64,000 bases of DNA from Chloroflexia bacterium. Its GTDB lineage: Bacteria > Chloroflexota > Chloroflexia > QHBQ01 > JADMIH01. The notes under the pieces are model-generated. The model saw only the letters and a list, made by a program, of their open reading frames with translations, had not been told where the DNA came from and did no database searches. Positions 53,646 to 63,678 of this stretch are shown here, piece after piece. The translations under genes and the position numbers were made by a program. Within the stretch, counting starts at the first letter, position 1, and each line of letters starts with the position of its first letter. The stretch covers positions 11,408 to 75,407 of the forward strand of contig DASVVE010000065.1 in the NCBI GenBank assembly GCA_036386675.1. Direction: 5' to 3'.

Positions 53646-54658
53646 TCCCGCCGGAAGACTTCAGGGTTGACGCAATTCGGCGGCATCTCACCCTTGAGTG
53701 CGGCGATTATGTTCTCTGCGGCCATGAGGGCCATGGCGTTGCGGGTGTCCAGGGAGGCTGAGGCGATGTGGGGGGCAAGCACCGCGTTGTCCAGTTCGAG
53801 CAGACCGGCGTGCACCTCCGGCTCTCTCTCGAACACGTCGAGTCCCGCGCCCGCGATTGTGCCATTCTTGAGGGCTTCTACCAGGGCCGCTTCGTCCACT
53901 ATGGCACCGCGAGCAGTGTTTATCAGGTAGGCCGTAGGCTTCATGCTCTCAAGCTCTGGCTTGCCTATCAGGTGGTGGGTCTCCGGGTTGTAGTCGGTGT
54001 GAATTGTCACATAGTCTGACTCGCTCAGCAACTCCTCCATAGTTACCAGGCGGGCTTTCAGAGCCTTCTCGGTGTCCGCGTCGGCGGGGTGCCTGTCGAA
54101 GTAGAGCACCTGCATGTCGAAGCCGGTGGCCCGCTTGGCGACCGCCTTGCCGATGCGCCCGAACCCTATTACCCCCAGCGTCTTGCCGTACACGTCCTGC
54201 CCTACCATCATGAGCGGCCCCCACCCATAAAAGCGGCCCGCCCTCAGGAACTTGTCGGCCTCCACCACGCGCCGCGCCGCGGCCATCAGGAGCGTCCAGG
54301 CAAAGTCGGCTGTGGTGTCGGTGAGCACACCCGGCGTGTTGGTCACCGCTATGCCCCGCGTGGTAGCTTCGTCCACCTGGATGTTGTTGTAGCCAACGGC
54401 CATGTTCGCCACGACCTTGAGCGCAGGAGCGGCGTCCAGCACCTCGGCATCGATAGGGTTGGTAAGCAGGCAGTACAGGGCGTTGTATTCGCCCCCGTGT
54501 AGGCGATCTATCAGCTCCTGCTTGGTCCAGATACGGTCGGGGTCCGGGTTGACGTCGAGCGTGCCGTCCTCACCGGCGACCTGGCGCAATCGCTCTATGG
54601 CGACTTCCGGCACGCGCTGGGTCATCAAGACACGCAAAGTCTCTTCAGGCATGTTCAC
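53642..54658 (-). CDS. D-isomer-specific 2-hydroxyacid dehydrogenase (glyoxylate/hydroxypyruvate reductase-like)
   Basis: NAD-binding GVIGFGRIGKAVA; catalytic R/E/H region (RGAIVDE, PHIASAS). Confidence 0.85.
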   Translation of the reverse strand: MNMPEETLRVLMTQRVPEVAIERLRQVAGEDGTLDVNPDPDRIWTKQELIDRLHGGEYNALYCLLTNPIDAEVLDAAPALKVVANMAVGYNNIQVDEATTRGIAVTNTPGVLTDTTADFAWTLLMAAARRVVEADKFLRAGRFYGWGPLMMVGQDVYGKTLGVIGFGRIGKAVAKRATGFDMQVLYFDRHPADADTEKALKARLVTMEELLSESDYVTIHTDYNPETHHLIGKPELESMKPTAYLINTARGAIVDEAALVEALKNGTIAGAGLDVFEREPEVHAGLLELDNAVLAPHIASASLDTRNAMALMAAENIIAALKGEMPPNCVNPEVFRRD

Positions 54659-54666
54659 TCCGGGTT

Positions 54667-54764
54667 CTGAAACTTGAAACGTGAAACGTGATGGTACTCA
54701 ACGCACCATTGCGATGCACATGAGACCACATACCACAAGCCACACCACGTTTCACGTTTCAGAA
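54667..54764. repeat. Inverted pair of GAAACGT heptamer arrays flanking a approximately 55-bp spacer
   Basis: ctgaaacttgaaacgtgaaacgtgatgg at 54667-54694 and cacgtttcacgtttca at 54748-54763. The right array overlaps the stop of the small ORF at 54759. Confidence 0.85.
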
Positions 54765-54914
54765 TGAGGGTGTCGGTGTCGTGGTGTTCATGTTCAGCCA
54801 CCAGAGTATCCAGCAGAAGGCGAAGCAGGCCCCGAGTATCAGCACTATAGTGAGGAGTGGGAGCAATATGTTGAGTACCGGGTTTCTCTTCCTGGTTGCA
54901 GGGCTACCGATCAT
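54759..54914 (-). CDS. Possible 51-aa single-pass membrane protein downstream of the helicase gene
   Basis: MIGSPATRKRNPVLNILLPLLTIVLILGACFAFCWILWWLNMNTTTPTPSF: basic N-terminus plus one strongly hydrophobic helix. Below the ORF-track length cut-off. Confidence 0.3.
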   Translation of the reverse strand: MIGSPATRKRNPVLNILLPLLTIVLILGACFAFCWILWWLNMNTTTPTPSF

Positions 54915-54938
54915 GCTGTTTTTCTCCTACAGTAGATT

Positions 54939-57305
54939 TTAGTCCGTAAGTGCCTCCAGGGCGCCGCCCCCGGTAGGCATGCCGTCGCCGGCGACATTGT
55001 CACTGCCGATTGCCCTGGCGGGGACGTTCGCCGCTACCAACAAGCCGTTGATGAGGTCGAGCGTGTGCCCTTTGCCCCCCGGCCCGACTTCCATCGCCGG
55101 ACCAACACACGCCGGACAGCCATCGTCGCAGGCGCAGGCCTTGATTAGCTCACGTGACCCTTCAAGTAGTATGCCGTGCATCTCGTACAGCTTGCGGCTG
55201 AACCCTATGCCTCCCGGATAGGAGTCGTACAGGAATATTGTACTCTGCCCCGTAAAGGGGTTCTTCACCTGCGGCACCACCCCCAGGTCGCGGGGATCGC
55301 ACATCAGGTACAACGGCGCGAGCTGCGAGAGCACGTTGCCCAGGCCCACCAGTCCCGCTTGTAGGGCCTGCTTGCCGGGCATGTTTTCGGCCACGATGGG
55401 CGGCACGCACAGCCAGTACGAGGTTGTATGCAATTCTTGTTCCGGCAGATGAATCTTGCCCCAACCGACGTTCTCGTGCGTGCCCAGCTTTATCTTTTTG
55501 TAGATAGTGGCCTGGGCCGATACCATCACGTCGCCGTGGTTGCGCAACGCCTCCGCCGGCTCACCGCTCGTCATATCTAATACACGTAAAGTGACGGCAA
55601 GGTTCGCATCGGTGTAGTAGTCGGCTTCGACCGCCCGCACGTAGGCCTTCTGCTCGTCCCAGTCGAGCTTATCGACGTGGTATTGCTGGCCCTCGTGCAG
55701 GTAAATCGCCTCTTCGTGCAACAGGGTGAGCACCGAAAAGCGGTCCATCTCCCCGATGATGCGGGGCGTAGGGTCGGTGGTGTTTATGATGACGAAGTTC
55801 TCGGCGGCTGCCGTCCTGAGCGAAATCTTCTCGGCGGGGAAGTTCTCGCTGGACCAGTGCCACATCCCTCCCGCATGCCGAACCACCATGTCGTCAGCCA
55901 GGTACTCCAACATCTGGGCCATCTCGGCGGGGTTGTGACTGCCGTAGCCTTCGCTGTCGTGGAAGGGTAGCTCGAAAGCTGCACATTGCAGATGGCTCAT
56001 CAGGATGAAGAGGTTGTCGGGGTTTATGAGGCCGTTTTCGGGCGAGCGGTTGAAGAAGTACTGCGGGTTGTTCACGAGGAACTGGTCGAGGGGCGACGAG
56101 GCCGCCACCATGACCACCAGTGACTGCGAAGCCCGCCGCCCAGCGCGTCCCGCCTGCTGCCAGGTCGAGGCCACGGTGCCGGGGTAACCAACCAGCACCG
56201 CTGCCTCAAGGTTGCCGATATCAATACCTAGCTCCAGGGCGTTGGTGCTCACCACGGTGCGCACGGTGCCTTCGCGCAGGCCCTTCTCTATCTCCCGCCG
56301 CTGGTTGGGCAGGTAACCACCCCGGTAGCCGCGCACCTTGTCGGGGTCGTGGCGGTGCCTGGTGGCGGCCTGCCGCAAGTACGTCAGCAGCACCTCTACG
56401 GCCGTGCGGGTGCGGCCAAAGACAATCGTCTGGATGTCGTTAGCCAGCAACTGTGACGCTATGTCGGTGGCCTCAAGCAGGGCTGAACGGCGCAGGCCAA
56501 GCTCCTTGTTCACCACGGGGGGGTTGTAGAAAATAAGCGTCTTAGGCCCCTGGGGTGCCCCGTTGTTGTCCACCAGGGTGATGGGAGAGACGCTGGTGAC
56601 CCGCTCGGCAAGCTCCATAGGGTTAGCTATGGTGGCCGAAGAGAGAATGAACTGCGGGCGCGAGCCGTAGAACTCGCAGATGCGCACCAGGCGGCGCAGG
56701 ACGTTAGCCACATGCGAGCCGAACACGCCACGGTAGTTGTGTAGCTCGTCAATCACCACGTACTTGAGGTTCTCGAACAGGCGCACCCACTTGGTATGGT
56801 GGGGCAGCACGCCCGTGTGCAGCATATCGGGGTTGGATATGACGATGTGCCCGGCGGTGCGTATCAGCTTGCGGGCGGTGGGCGGGGTATCGCCGTCGTA
56901 GGTATACGTCTTCACGTCCTGGTTGAGCAGGGTGGCGATAGCATGCAGGTTCGCCATCTGGTCCTGGGCCAGGGCCTTGGTAGGGAAAAGGTAAAGCGCT
57001 CGCGCCTCCGGGTCCTCCAGGATGGTATTGAGCACCGGCAGGTTGTAGCACAGCGTCTTGCCCGAAGCGGTAGGTGTGACGACCACCGCGTGCTCGCCCC
57101 GGTGTATGGCGTCAACAGCGTCACGTTGGTGAGTGTAAAGCTCTTGCACCCCACGCTGCCGCAGCACCTCCACCAGCCGGGGGTCCACCCAGTCGGGGTA
57201 AGGTGCGGTACGCGCCTCCCTGGCCGGGATATCCTCCCAGTAAGTGATGCGCTGCCCAAACATCGGAGAGCGCCGCATATGCTCGACAAGCTGTGTGAGG
57301 TTCAT
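54939..57305 (-). CDS. DExH-box helicase with C-terminal DUF1998 zinc-ribbon domain (MrfA/YprA-like)
   Basis: Walker A TPTASGKT, DExH VVIDELHNY, helicase C motifs (QQAGRAGR), and C-terminal Cys cluster CACDDGCPAC. Confidence 0.85.
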   Translation of the reverse strand: MNLTQLVEHMRRSPMFGQRITYWEDIPAREARTAPYPDWVDPRLVEVLRQRGVQELYTHQRDAVDAIHRGEHAVVVTPTASGKTLCYNLPVLNTILEDPEARALYLFPTKALAQDQMANLHAIATLLNQDVKTYTYDGDTPPTARKLIRTAGHIVISNPDMLHTGVLPHHTKWVRLFENLKYVVIDELHNYRGVFGSHVANVLRRLVRICEFYGSRPQFILSSATIANPMELAERVTSVSPITLVDNNGAPQGPKTLIFYNPPVVNKELGLRRSALLEATDIASQLLANDIQTIVFGRTRTAVEVLLTYLRQAATRHRHDPDKVRGYRGGYLPNQRREIEKGLREGTVRTVVSTNALELGIDIGNLEAAVLVGYPGTVASTWQQAGRAGRRASQSLVVMVAASSPLDQFLVNNPQYFFNRSPENGLINPDNLFILMSHLQCAAFELPFHDSEGYGSHNPAEMAQMLEYLADDMVVRHAGGMWHWSSENFPAEKISLRTAAAENFVIINTTDPTPRIIGEMDRFSVLTLLHEEAIYLHEGQQYHVDKLDWDEQKAYVRAVEADYYTDANLAVTLRVLDMTSGEPAEALRNHGDVMVSAQATIYKKIKLGTHENVGWGKIHLPEQELHTTSYWLCVPPIVAENMPGKQALQAGLVGLGNVLSQLAPLYLMCDPRDLGVVPQVKNPFTGQSTIFLYDSYPGGIGFSRKLYEMHGILLEGSRELIKACACDDGCPACVGPAMEVGPGGKGHTLDLINGLLVAANVPARAIGSDNVAGDGMPTGGGALEALTD

Positions 57306-57310
57306 AGCTC

Positions 57311-57391
57311 CATTATAAATTACGAATTACGAATTACTGGCGAACCGGCATCTTGTCATTCGTAATTCGTAATTCGTAATTCGTAATTACT
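57311..57391. repeat. Inverted pair of ATTACGA heptamer arrays (3 + 4.5 units) around an 18-nt spacer in the helicase 5' leader
   Basis: aaattacgaattacgaattac ... cattcgtaattcgtaattcgtaattcgtaatt; predicted approximately 20-bp stem. Confidence 0.9.
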
Positions 57392-59177
57392 TGATCCACC
57401 CTCGCTTCTGCAACAATTCGGTGCCGATATTCGCCAGCACGATACGGCGGCTTTCGGGGAAGTCGCGGTGCCACTCGAAGCGTGCCCGCTCGAACCATTG
57501 GATTTCGAGGCCATCGCTGGGGCTGTACGACTCGCTGACAGGGTAGCCCATGCCGTCGATGCGGCCATTCTCACGCCAGAAGTCCAGGAACGGGCCGCTG
57601 ATGGAGTGCCTGGTAGGACCGAAGTAGATATTGTCGTCGGTGCTGACGAAGAAGGGTATGGGGCGGAACGCCTGGCCGCTCATGCCTTGCGCCAGTTCAG
57701 TGCCCAGGTTGCCCATGCTCACCTTGCCCTCGCGGAACTCCAGGCGGGCGCGCTCGAAGTACTGCACGCTAACCCCGTTCTCCACAAACTCCTCGGTCAG
57801 CGGATAGCCGAAGCGAGCCAGCCCACCATTAGCATGCCAGAAGGTGCGGAAGCCATGCGTGATATTGTGCTTCGTCTCCTCGAAGTAGTCTGATACCTCG
57901 GGGTCGCCGGGCGGCACGGGGTCCGAGGGTTTAGGTCCGCCGACAAGGGCAATAGTGGGCGTAGCTGACGGCGTGGAGGTGGGCGTTGCGGTTGGGGGTA
58001 TGGGCGTGGAAGTAGGCGTATAGGTGGCGAGGCTGACCGGCGGGGGAGGCGTGGGCGGCACCTGCGTAGCGGTAGGGGTGGGCTGCTGGGGCAACCTGAC
58101 GACCCCGGCAGGCATCGTGTAGCCATAAGCGCTGCCCGCTGAAGACATCACCACCCGGCCACTGCCTGCATCCAACGCCAGCAGCACGGCCCTGCCACGC
58201 GCCTGTTCCGGCCCAAATGCTACCCAGGTGCCACCACCATCCAGCGACTGGTACGCGCCCTCCTCGGTACCGAGCACCAGCGCGCCGTCCGCGTCCGCGT
58301 GCAGGGACAGTACCTTCAACGGTAACGTGCCCGAATTGCCCTGCGGGCCTGTTGCCTCGGCACGGCGCGGCATGACGGCGAGGCTCCAGTTTGTACCTGC
58401 GTCGGCGGACCTGTATAGGCCGTCGTGCGAAGTGGCCGCAAAGAGAGCGGTGCCGCTCCAGGCAAGTCCCACTATCTGCCCGCCATTGTTGGGCAGCGCG
58501 CGCAGTCCAAGCGAAGAGGAGCGCCAGGTGAGGCCGCCATCGACCGACTTGTAGATGTAAGCGCTGGGGTGGTCCCGCGTGGTGTACTGCAAGCCGATGT
58601 ATATATTAGAAGGTCGCTTCGGGTCCGCCGTGAGGGCCGTCACCCAGGAGTTGGGGGGCAGTCCCTTGGAGGCACCATGCCAGGTGGCACCCGAATCGGT
58701 GGAGCGGAAGAGGCCACCCAGCCCGTCCATGCCTGCGTACAGCACGCTCATGTTATTCGGATAGGAAGCCAGCCAGCGCACGTGAGCGGCGGATGGTGTG
58801 ATGCCCTGCTGCGGCACGTCCCGCCAGGTGCGACAGCCGTCGTCGCTGACCCTCACCCCTGTGGCGGTAGTCGAGTAGAGCAGCGCATTGCCGGCCTGTC
58901 CCTTCATAGGAGCCACCAGCCGCAGCATGGAGGCACCGGGCGCGCATACCGCCCAGGTGGAACCCTTATCACCGGAGCGCGATATGCCCGCGCTGTTGAG
59001 GGCGTACAGGGTGTTCGGATCGGATGGCTCAGGTAACACACTCCATGCGCCCCGTGGTAGCGCGCCCAGGGTAATCCACTGCGGCTGTTGTGCCTGCACG
59101 CCTATTGGCAAAAGAGCCAAAGTTATCAGGACGAAAGCCACTATCACCATCGGTTGTCGCAACTTACCTAACCTCAT
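57387..59177 (-). CDS. Secreted BNR/Asp-box beta-propeller protein with Pro/Thr linker and two C-terminal LGFP-like repeats
   Basis: Signal peptide; repeated S/D-x-D-x-G-x-T-W Asp-boxes (DKGSTW, DDGCRTW, DSGATW, DGGLTW, DAGTNW, DGGGTW); PT-rich linker; repeats YFEETKHNITHGFRTFWHANGGL..GYPLTE / FGPTRHSISGPFLDFWRENG..GYPVSE ... WFERARFEWH. Confidence 0.7.
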   Translation of the reverse strand: MRLGKLRQPMVIVAFVLITLALLPIGVQAQQPQWITLGALPRGAWSVLPEPSDPNTLYALNSAGISRSGDKGSTWAVCAPGASMLRLVAPMKGQAGNALLYSTTATGVRVSDDGCRTWRDVPQQGITPSAAHVRWLASYPNNMSVLYAGMDGLGGLFRSTDSGATWHGASKGLPPNSWVTALTADPKRPSNIYIGLQYTTRDHPSAYIYKSVDGGLTWRSSSLGLRALPNNGGQIVGLAWSGTALFAATSHDGLYRSADAGTNWSLAVMPRRAEATGPQGNSGTLPLKVLSLHADADGALVLGTEEGAYQSLDGGGTWVAFGPEQARGRAVLLALDAGSGRVVMSSAGSAYGYTMPAGVVRLPQQPTPTATQVPPTPPPPVSLATYTPTSTPIPPTATPTSTPSATPTIALVGGPKPSDPVPPGDPEVSDYFEETKHNITHGFRTFWHANGGLARFGYPLTEEFVENGVSVQYFERARLEFREGKVSMGNLGTELAQGMSGQAFRPIPFFVSTDDNIYFGPTRHSISGPFLDFWRENGRIDGMGYPVSESYSPSDGLEIQWFERARFEWHRDFPESRRIVLANIGTELLQKRGWIK

Positions 59178-59682
59178 CTACGTCCTTACTTTCCAGGTCG
59201 GCACAGGGCCACACACCCTGCACCACTATCTCTTCGCTCTTGAGTACTTCACTAATACACCTACCGTCGGGGTCCTGTAAGTCCGGCAGGAGTTCGGCCA
59301 GCGGCATCAGCACAAACTGGCGCTGCCACATACGAGGATGCGGTATGGTTAGAGTAGGGCTGTCGAGCGCGAGGTCATCATACAGCAGTATGTCTATATC
59401 CAGCACCCTCGGGCCCCAATGCTCACCCGCCGTTCGCCCCGCTTCGCGCTCGATACGTTTGCACTCCGAGAGCAACTCACCAGGGTTCAACTGCGTCTCA
59501 ACCAAAGCGGCCATGTTCATAAAATCGGGCTGGTCGAGCTTGCCCCAGGGCTTGCTACAATACAAGCTGGAGGCAGCGACTACCCTGGTGCCTTCCAGGG
59601 CATCCAGACGCAGCAGGGCGGCCCGCAAGTACGCTTCCCGGTTGCCCAGGTTCGAGCCAAGTCCCAGGCAGGCTGTCGCCAC
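59164..59682 (-). CDS. folK: 2-amino-4-hydroxy-6-hydroxymethyldihydropteridine pyrophosphokinase
   Basis: LGLGSNLGN ... VLDIDILLYDD ... TIPHPRMWQRQFVLMPLAEL HPPK signatures. Confidence 0.9.
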   Translation of the reverse strand: MATACLGLGSNLGNREAYLRAALLRLDALEGTRVVAASSLYCSKPWGKLDQPDFMNMAALVETQLNPGELLSECKRIEREAGRTAGEHWGPRVLDIDILLYDDLALDSPTLTIPHPRMWQRQFVLMPLAELLPDLQDPDGRCISEVLKSEEIVVQGVWPCADLESKDVDEVR

Positions 59683-59685
59683 GTC

Positions 59686-60957
59686 CTACTTCAAGCCCCT
59701 TACTATGGCATCGGCTATGCGCGCCACCTGCACGTTGTGAGCTACGTCGTGCACCCGCACTATCTCCGCCCCGCTGGCTATGGCGAGGGCTGTAGTCGCC
59801 CCTGTGCCTATTACGCGCTCCTCAGGGGGTGGTAGCTCCCCGCCGGACGAGCGGGCCAGCACCCGGCCTATGAAGCTCTTTCGCGAGGTGCCCACCAAAA
59901 CGCCGCAGCCGAGAGAGCGCAACTCACCCAGCCGACGTAGCAGTTCCAGGTTGTGGTCCAGCGTCTTGCCGAAGCCGATGCCCGGATCGAGCCATATCCG
60001 CTCTCTGTTTACCCCAGCCGATACCGCTTTGTCAACTCCCTCGCGCAAATAGGCTGTCACCTCGCCCAGCAGGTCGTCGTAATGTGGATTTTGCTGCATG
60101 GTGCGCGGGGTGCCCTGGATGTGCATCAGCACCAGCCCGGCACCCGTTTCAGCAGCCACCGCAGACATCACCGGGTCGTCGCGCAACCCGGTGATATCGT
60201 TGATGATGACCGCACCCGCCGCCACGGCCTGCCTCGCAACCTCTGCCCTGCGAGTATCAATAGAGATAGGGAGGGACACACCACCAGGCGCGCTGAGACG
60301 CTCGATCACAGGCAGCACACGCCGCAACTCCTCCTCTACCGGCACGGGGTCCGAGCCAGGGCGGGTGCTCTCGCCGCCGATGTCCAGGATGTCGGCACCT
60401 TCGGCATACATCCTTCGCGCCTGGGCTACCGCGGCATCTACATCGTCGCCCAGCGAGTCGCCGGAGAAGGAGTCGGGCGTCACGTTCAAGATGCCCATCA
60501 CGAGCGTGCGCTCGCCTCTCGGCAAGGTATAGGGTCCAAGTTGCAGGGGGCGCGGCTGAGCGGCAATGTTAGCCAGCAAGGCCGCGATTTGCCTGCTCGC
60601 CTCAGGGAGGTCGAATCCCTGCGCGTGCAGCTTACCTACCAGGCTGTCATATTGCTCGCGGGTGCCGGTAAGGAGCACCGAAGTGGTATCGCGCTCCAAC
60701 GTAAGGCAGTCGTGGTGCACCGCGCAGTCGCCCCCCCGCGCCAGCATCTCCTGCTTGAGCACGTTCGCCGCCACGCAGGAGAGATTATCCAGCTTCACCA
60801 CCAGGAAGTCGGCCTTGGTGCCAATGATCCGTTGTCCCGGCTTCTGAGCGCCAACCAGGGCCAACTCTGAGGCGATGGTCGCGTGGTCGGGAGTGATGAG
60901 GCGGGCGTTGTAGCTGGTATCGTTGGTAGAAGTCATAGTGTTAGTGACAACTTGCAT
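59686..60957 (-). CDS. folP: Dihydropteroate synthase with an approximately 145-aa uncharacterised N-terminal extension
   Basis: Pterin-binding core (MGILNVTPDSFSGD, DILDIGGESTRPG, IDTRRAEVA, INDITG, LMH.QGTP). The upstream 145 codons are in the same frame with no stop. Confidence 0.8.
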   Translation of the reverse strand: MQVVTNTMTSTNDTSYNARLITPDHATIASELALVGAQKPGQRIIGTKADFLVVKLDNLSCVAANVLKQEMLARGGDCAVHHDCLTLERDTTSVLLTGTREQYDSLVGKLHAQGFDLPEASRQIAALLANIAAQPRPLQLGPYTLPRGERTLVMGILNVTPDSFSGDSLGDDVDAAVAQARRMYAEGADILDIGGESTRPGSDPVPVEEELRRVLPVIERLSAPGGVSLPISIDTRRAEVARQAVAAGAVIINDITGLRDDPVMSAVAAETGAGLVLMHIQGTPRTMQQNPHYDDLLGEVTAYLREGVDKAVSAGVNRERIWLDPGIGFGKTLDHNLELLRRLGELRSLGCGVLVGTSRKSFIGRVLARSSGGELPPPEERVIGTGATTALAIASGAEIVRVHDVAHNVQVARIADAIVRGLK

Positions 60958-61061
60958 CCTTGGGCGACCAAAGTTCCTCTATGCCATCCTGGGCGCAGCG
61001 AAGGACCTTGGGGCTTCAAGTTAGTTTCACGCCCAGGCTCCGCAACCGTAGTGCTCTACGT

Positions 61062-61505
61062 TCACCCTGCCTGGTTCCAGATGTCCTGAGAGTAAAGTGC
61101 TTTCAGCCGGTGCAGGATCGCTCGAATATGCCCCAGGTCGATCATCTCGGATATGTGGCCTTCGACGAAGCGGTCCTTGCGCACGTGCAGGGTGAGCAGC
61201 TTGCGCAGCGTGTCGAGGTCGGCATCGTTGAGCAGGTCCGGGTCGTTCACAAACCCCCATGCTTCGTCCTGCCAGGCTACCCAATCGTACGGGACCACGA
61301 AGCCTGCTGAGGACAGTGCTCCGATGAAGCGCTCCACTTCCGGCGAATAGGTGATGTACAACATATACATGACCCCATCTTGCTCCTGCGGCGGCGTGAC
61401 AGTGTAAAGCGGACCTTGATCTCCAGCCTCAAACAGCGGCAGGAATGCTAGGACCCGCTCTACACTTTCTCGAGTGATTTCCGGCGCAGGTGGGTAGTCT
61501 CGCAT
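61062..61505 (-). CDS. Hypothetical protein
   Basis: 147-aa ORF with protein-like composition; no domain recognised. Confidence 0.4.
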   Translation of the reverse strand: MRDYPPAPEITRESVERVLAFLPLFEAGDQGPLYTVTPPQEQDGVMYMLYITYSPEVERFIGALSSAGFVVPYDWVAWQDEAWGFVNDPDLLNDADLDTLRKLLTLHVRKDRFVEGHISEMIDLGHIRAILHRLKALYSQDIWNQAG

Positions 61506-61556
61506 TGTATTCTATTCTCCCGTACTTGCGAGCGGCTTTCAACTCACGTTTCAGAC

Positions 61557-63626
61557 CTATTGCCTGAGTTTCGCCTCCACCTCCGCCGGGTCTACAGTGG
61601 GAGCTTCGCAGATGTAGTTGCGGCAGATGTAGGCGGTGGCGTGGTCGTCTACCTGGGGGCGGTCTGCCAGCAGCGGCACTATCTGAGCGGCCGCTTCGTC
61701 GCCTGGATAGGAGGCGGCAACTACCTTGTTGGGGGCGTAGGGCCGCCACACCGCCTGTAGCATCTGCTGCATCTCGCCGCTGGGCAGGTCGCCTATGAGC
61801 GCCACCTCCACGGGCGAGCCGAGATAGAAGTCGAGGGCGCACAGCATACGCCCGAACGCGGTGGGTGCCCGGCCTACTTTGTCCAGCAAGGGGCGCATCG
61901 TATCGACCGCGTGCTGCTCGTAATCAGGCTCGGTCGTGAGCAGGTAGAGCCGTATCAGGGCCTCGGCTGCCTCCGCGTTGGCGGATGGGATGGCGTTGTC
62001 GTACCACTCCTTGGGCCGGGCGACTAGAGTCTCGTGGAAGTTAGATGTGGAGAAGAAGCCGCCCGTAGCCTCGTCCCGGAAGTGGCCCACCAAAGTGGAC
62101 ACCAGCGAGCGGGCCGCCTCAATCCAGCGAGGCTCGAACGTGGCCTCATAAAGAGACACGAGGCCGTTGGCGTAGAAGGCATAGTCCTCAGCGAAGGCCT
62201 GGATGTGCGCGCGCCCGTCCTTGTAGGTGCGGTAGAGGCGGATTTCACCGCCTGTGTCGTCAGCCTGCTCCTGCATGGTCGAGAATATGAACTCGGCGTT
62301 GGCTATAGCTGTAGTCCGGTAGTCATCGCGGCCTAATATGCTGGCAGCCTCGGCAAAGGCGCGTAGCATCAGCCCGTTCCACCCCACCAGTATCTTGTCG
62401 TCTCTACCGGGGTGCACGCGCTCTTCACGGGCTTCGTACAACGTTTGGCGGCTGCGCTGGACAATGCCTTCTAAGATGTCAAGCTCTATGTCGGCTTGGG
62501 TGGCTAGCTCTTGCAGCGGGCGAGACAGGTGGAGGATGTTGTGCCCCTCGAAGTTACCTCGCTCGGTAACATCGAACAGCATGTTGAATACCTTGCCGTC
62601 TTCCTCCCCCAACACCTGGATAACCTCCTGGGGCGTCCAGACGTAGAACTTGCCCTCCTCGCCTTCGCTGTCAGCGTCCTGGGTCGAGTAGAATCCGCCC
62701 TCACCGGAGGTCATTTCGCGCATCACATAATCGAGCGTTTCTTCGGCAATGCGCCTGTAGAAGCCGTTCCCCGTTGCCTGGAAAGCGGCCAGGTACACGC
62801 GAGCGAGTTGCGCGTTGTCATACAGCATCTTCTCGAAGTGGGGCACCAGCCAGACGTCGTCCACCGAATAGCGATGGAAGCCGCCGCCCACCTGGTCGTA
62901 CAGGCCGCCGAGCGCCATCTTCTGCAACGTAAGCTCGGCAAGGGCCAGCAAATCGGCGTTGCCGGTGCGCCTGTAAGCCTTCAGCATGAACTCCAGGTTC
63001 ATCGGCTGGGGGAACTTGGGCGCGCCATGCGTACCGCCGTTCACCCTGTCCATCTGCGTAAGCATAACGCGTGTGGCTTCGTCCAAAATAGAGGGGTTTG
63101 GCTCGATGCGGGCGGGTTCGACGGCCATGCTGCTCTGGAGGAACCCCCGCATCTCGTGGGCGCTCTGGACCACCTTCTCGCGCTGTTCATGGTAGGCGCG
63201 GGAGACCGCAGTCAAGACCTGAGGGAAGCTCATCATGCCGTGCCGTGGTGTGGGCGGGAAGTAGGTCCCCCCGAAGAAGGGCACTCCCTCCGGTGTCAGG
63301 AAAACGGTCATCGGCCAGCCGCCGTGCCCCGTCATCGCCTGCACGGCCTCCATGTAGACCGAGTCGAGGTCGGGCCGCTCCTCCCGGTCCACCTTGATGC
63401 TGACGAAGTGCTGGTTCATCAGCGCGGCGATCTCCGGGTTCTCGAACGACTCGTGCTCCATGACGTGGCACCAGTGGCAGGCCGAGTAGCCGATGCTAAG
63501 TAGGATCGGCTTGTCCTCGGTAGTGGCACGTTCGAGCGCCTCCGGTCCCCAGGGGTACCAATCAACGGGGTTGTCCTTGTGTTGTAGCAGATAGGGACTC
63601 GTCTCAGCGGCAAGTCTGTTAGGCAT
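61557..63626 (-). CDS. Thioredoxin-domain protein YyaL-like (DUF255 + six-hairpin glycosidase-like domain)
   Basis: N-terminal [18 protein letters not shown] ... [13 protein letters not shown] (thioredoxin-like CxxC), followed by (alpha/alpha)6-type region. Confidence 0.85.
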   Translation of the reverse strand: MPNRLAAETSPYLLQHKDNPVDWYPWGPEALERATTEDKPILLSIGYSACHWCHVMEHESFENPEIAALMNQHFVSIKVDREERPDLDSVYMEAVQAMTGHGGWPMTVFLTPEGVPFFGGTYFPPTPRHGMMSFPQVLTAVSRAYHEQREKVVQSAHEMRGFLQSSMAVEPARIEPNPSILDEATRVMLTQMDRVNGGTHGAPKFPQPMNLEFMLKAYRRTGNADLLALAELTLQKMALGGLYDQVGGGFHRYSVDDVWLVPHFEKMLYDNAQLARVYLAAFQATGNGFYRRIAEETLDYVMREMTSGEGGFYSTQDADSEGEEGKFYVWTPQEVIQVLGEEDGKVFNMLFDVTERGNFEGHNILHLSRPLQELATQADIELDILEGIVQRSRQTLYEAREERVHPGRDDKILVGWNGLMLRAFAEAASILGRDDYRTTAIANAEFIFSTMQEQADDTGGEIRLYRTYKDGRAHIQAFAEDYAFYANGLVSLYEATFEPRWIEAARSLVSTLVGHFRDEATGGFFSTSNFHETLVARPKEWYDNAIPSANAEAAEALIRLYLLTTEPDYEQHAVDTMRPLLDKVGRAPTAFGRMLCALDFYLGSPVEVALIGDLPSGEMQQMLQAVWRPYAPNKVVAASYPGDEAAAQIVPLLADRPQVDDHATAYICRNYICEAPTVDPAEVEAKLRQ

Positions 63627-63678
63627 GCGTCTATATCCTCCTACCTATGTAGTCAGCAATCTTTGAGCCAACGGCATG

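Noticed and set aside
12462-57391. Heptamer arrays as evidence that the organism is a heterocystous cyanobacterium (STRR-like)
   Set aside because: GC content and gene content (SLH proteins, LGFP-like repeats, gene order) do not fit Nostocales. The resemblance is architectural only.
62511-63503. 330-aa ORF antisense to the DUF255/thioredoxin gene
   Set aside because: Antisense shadow ORF. The sense strand has clear conserved motifs.
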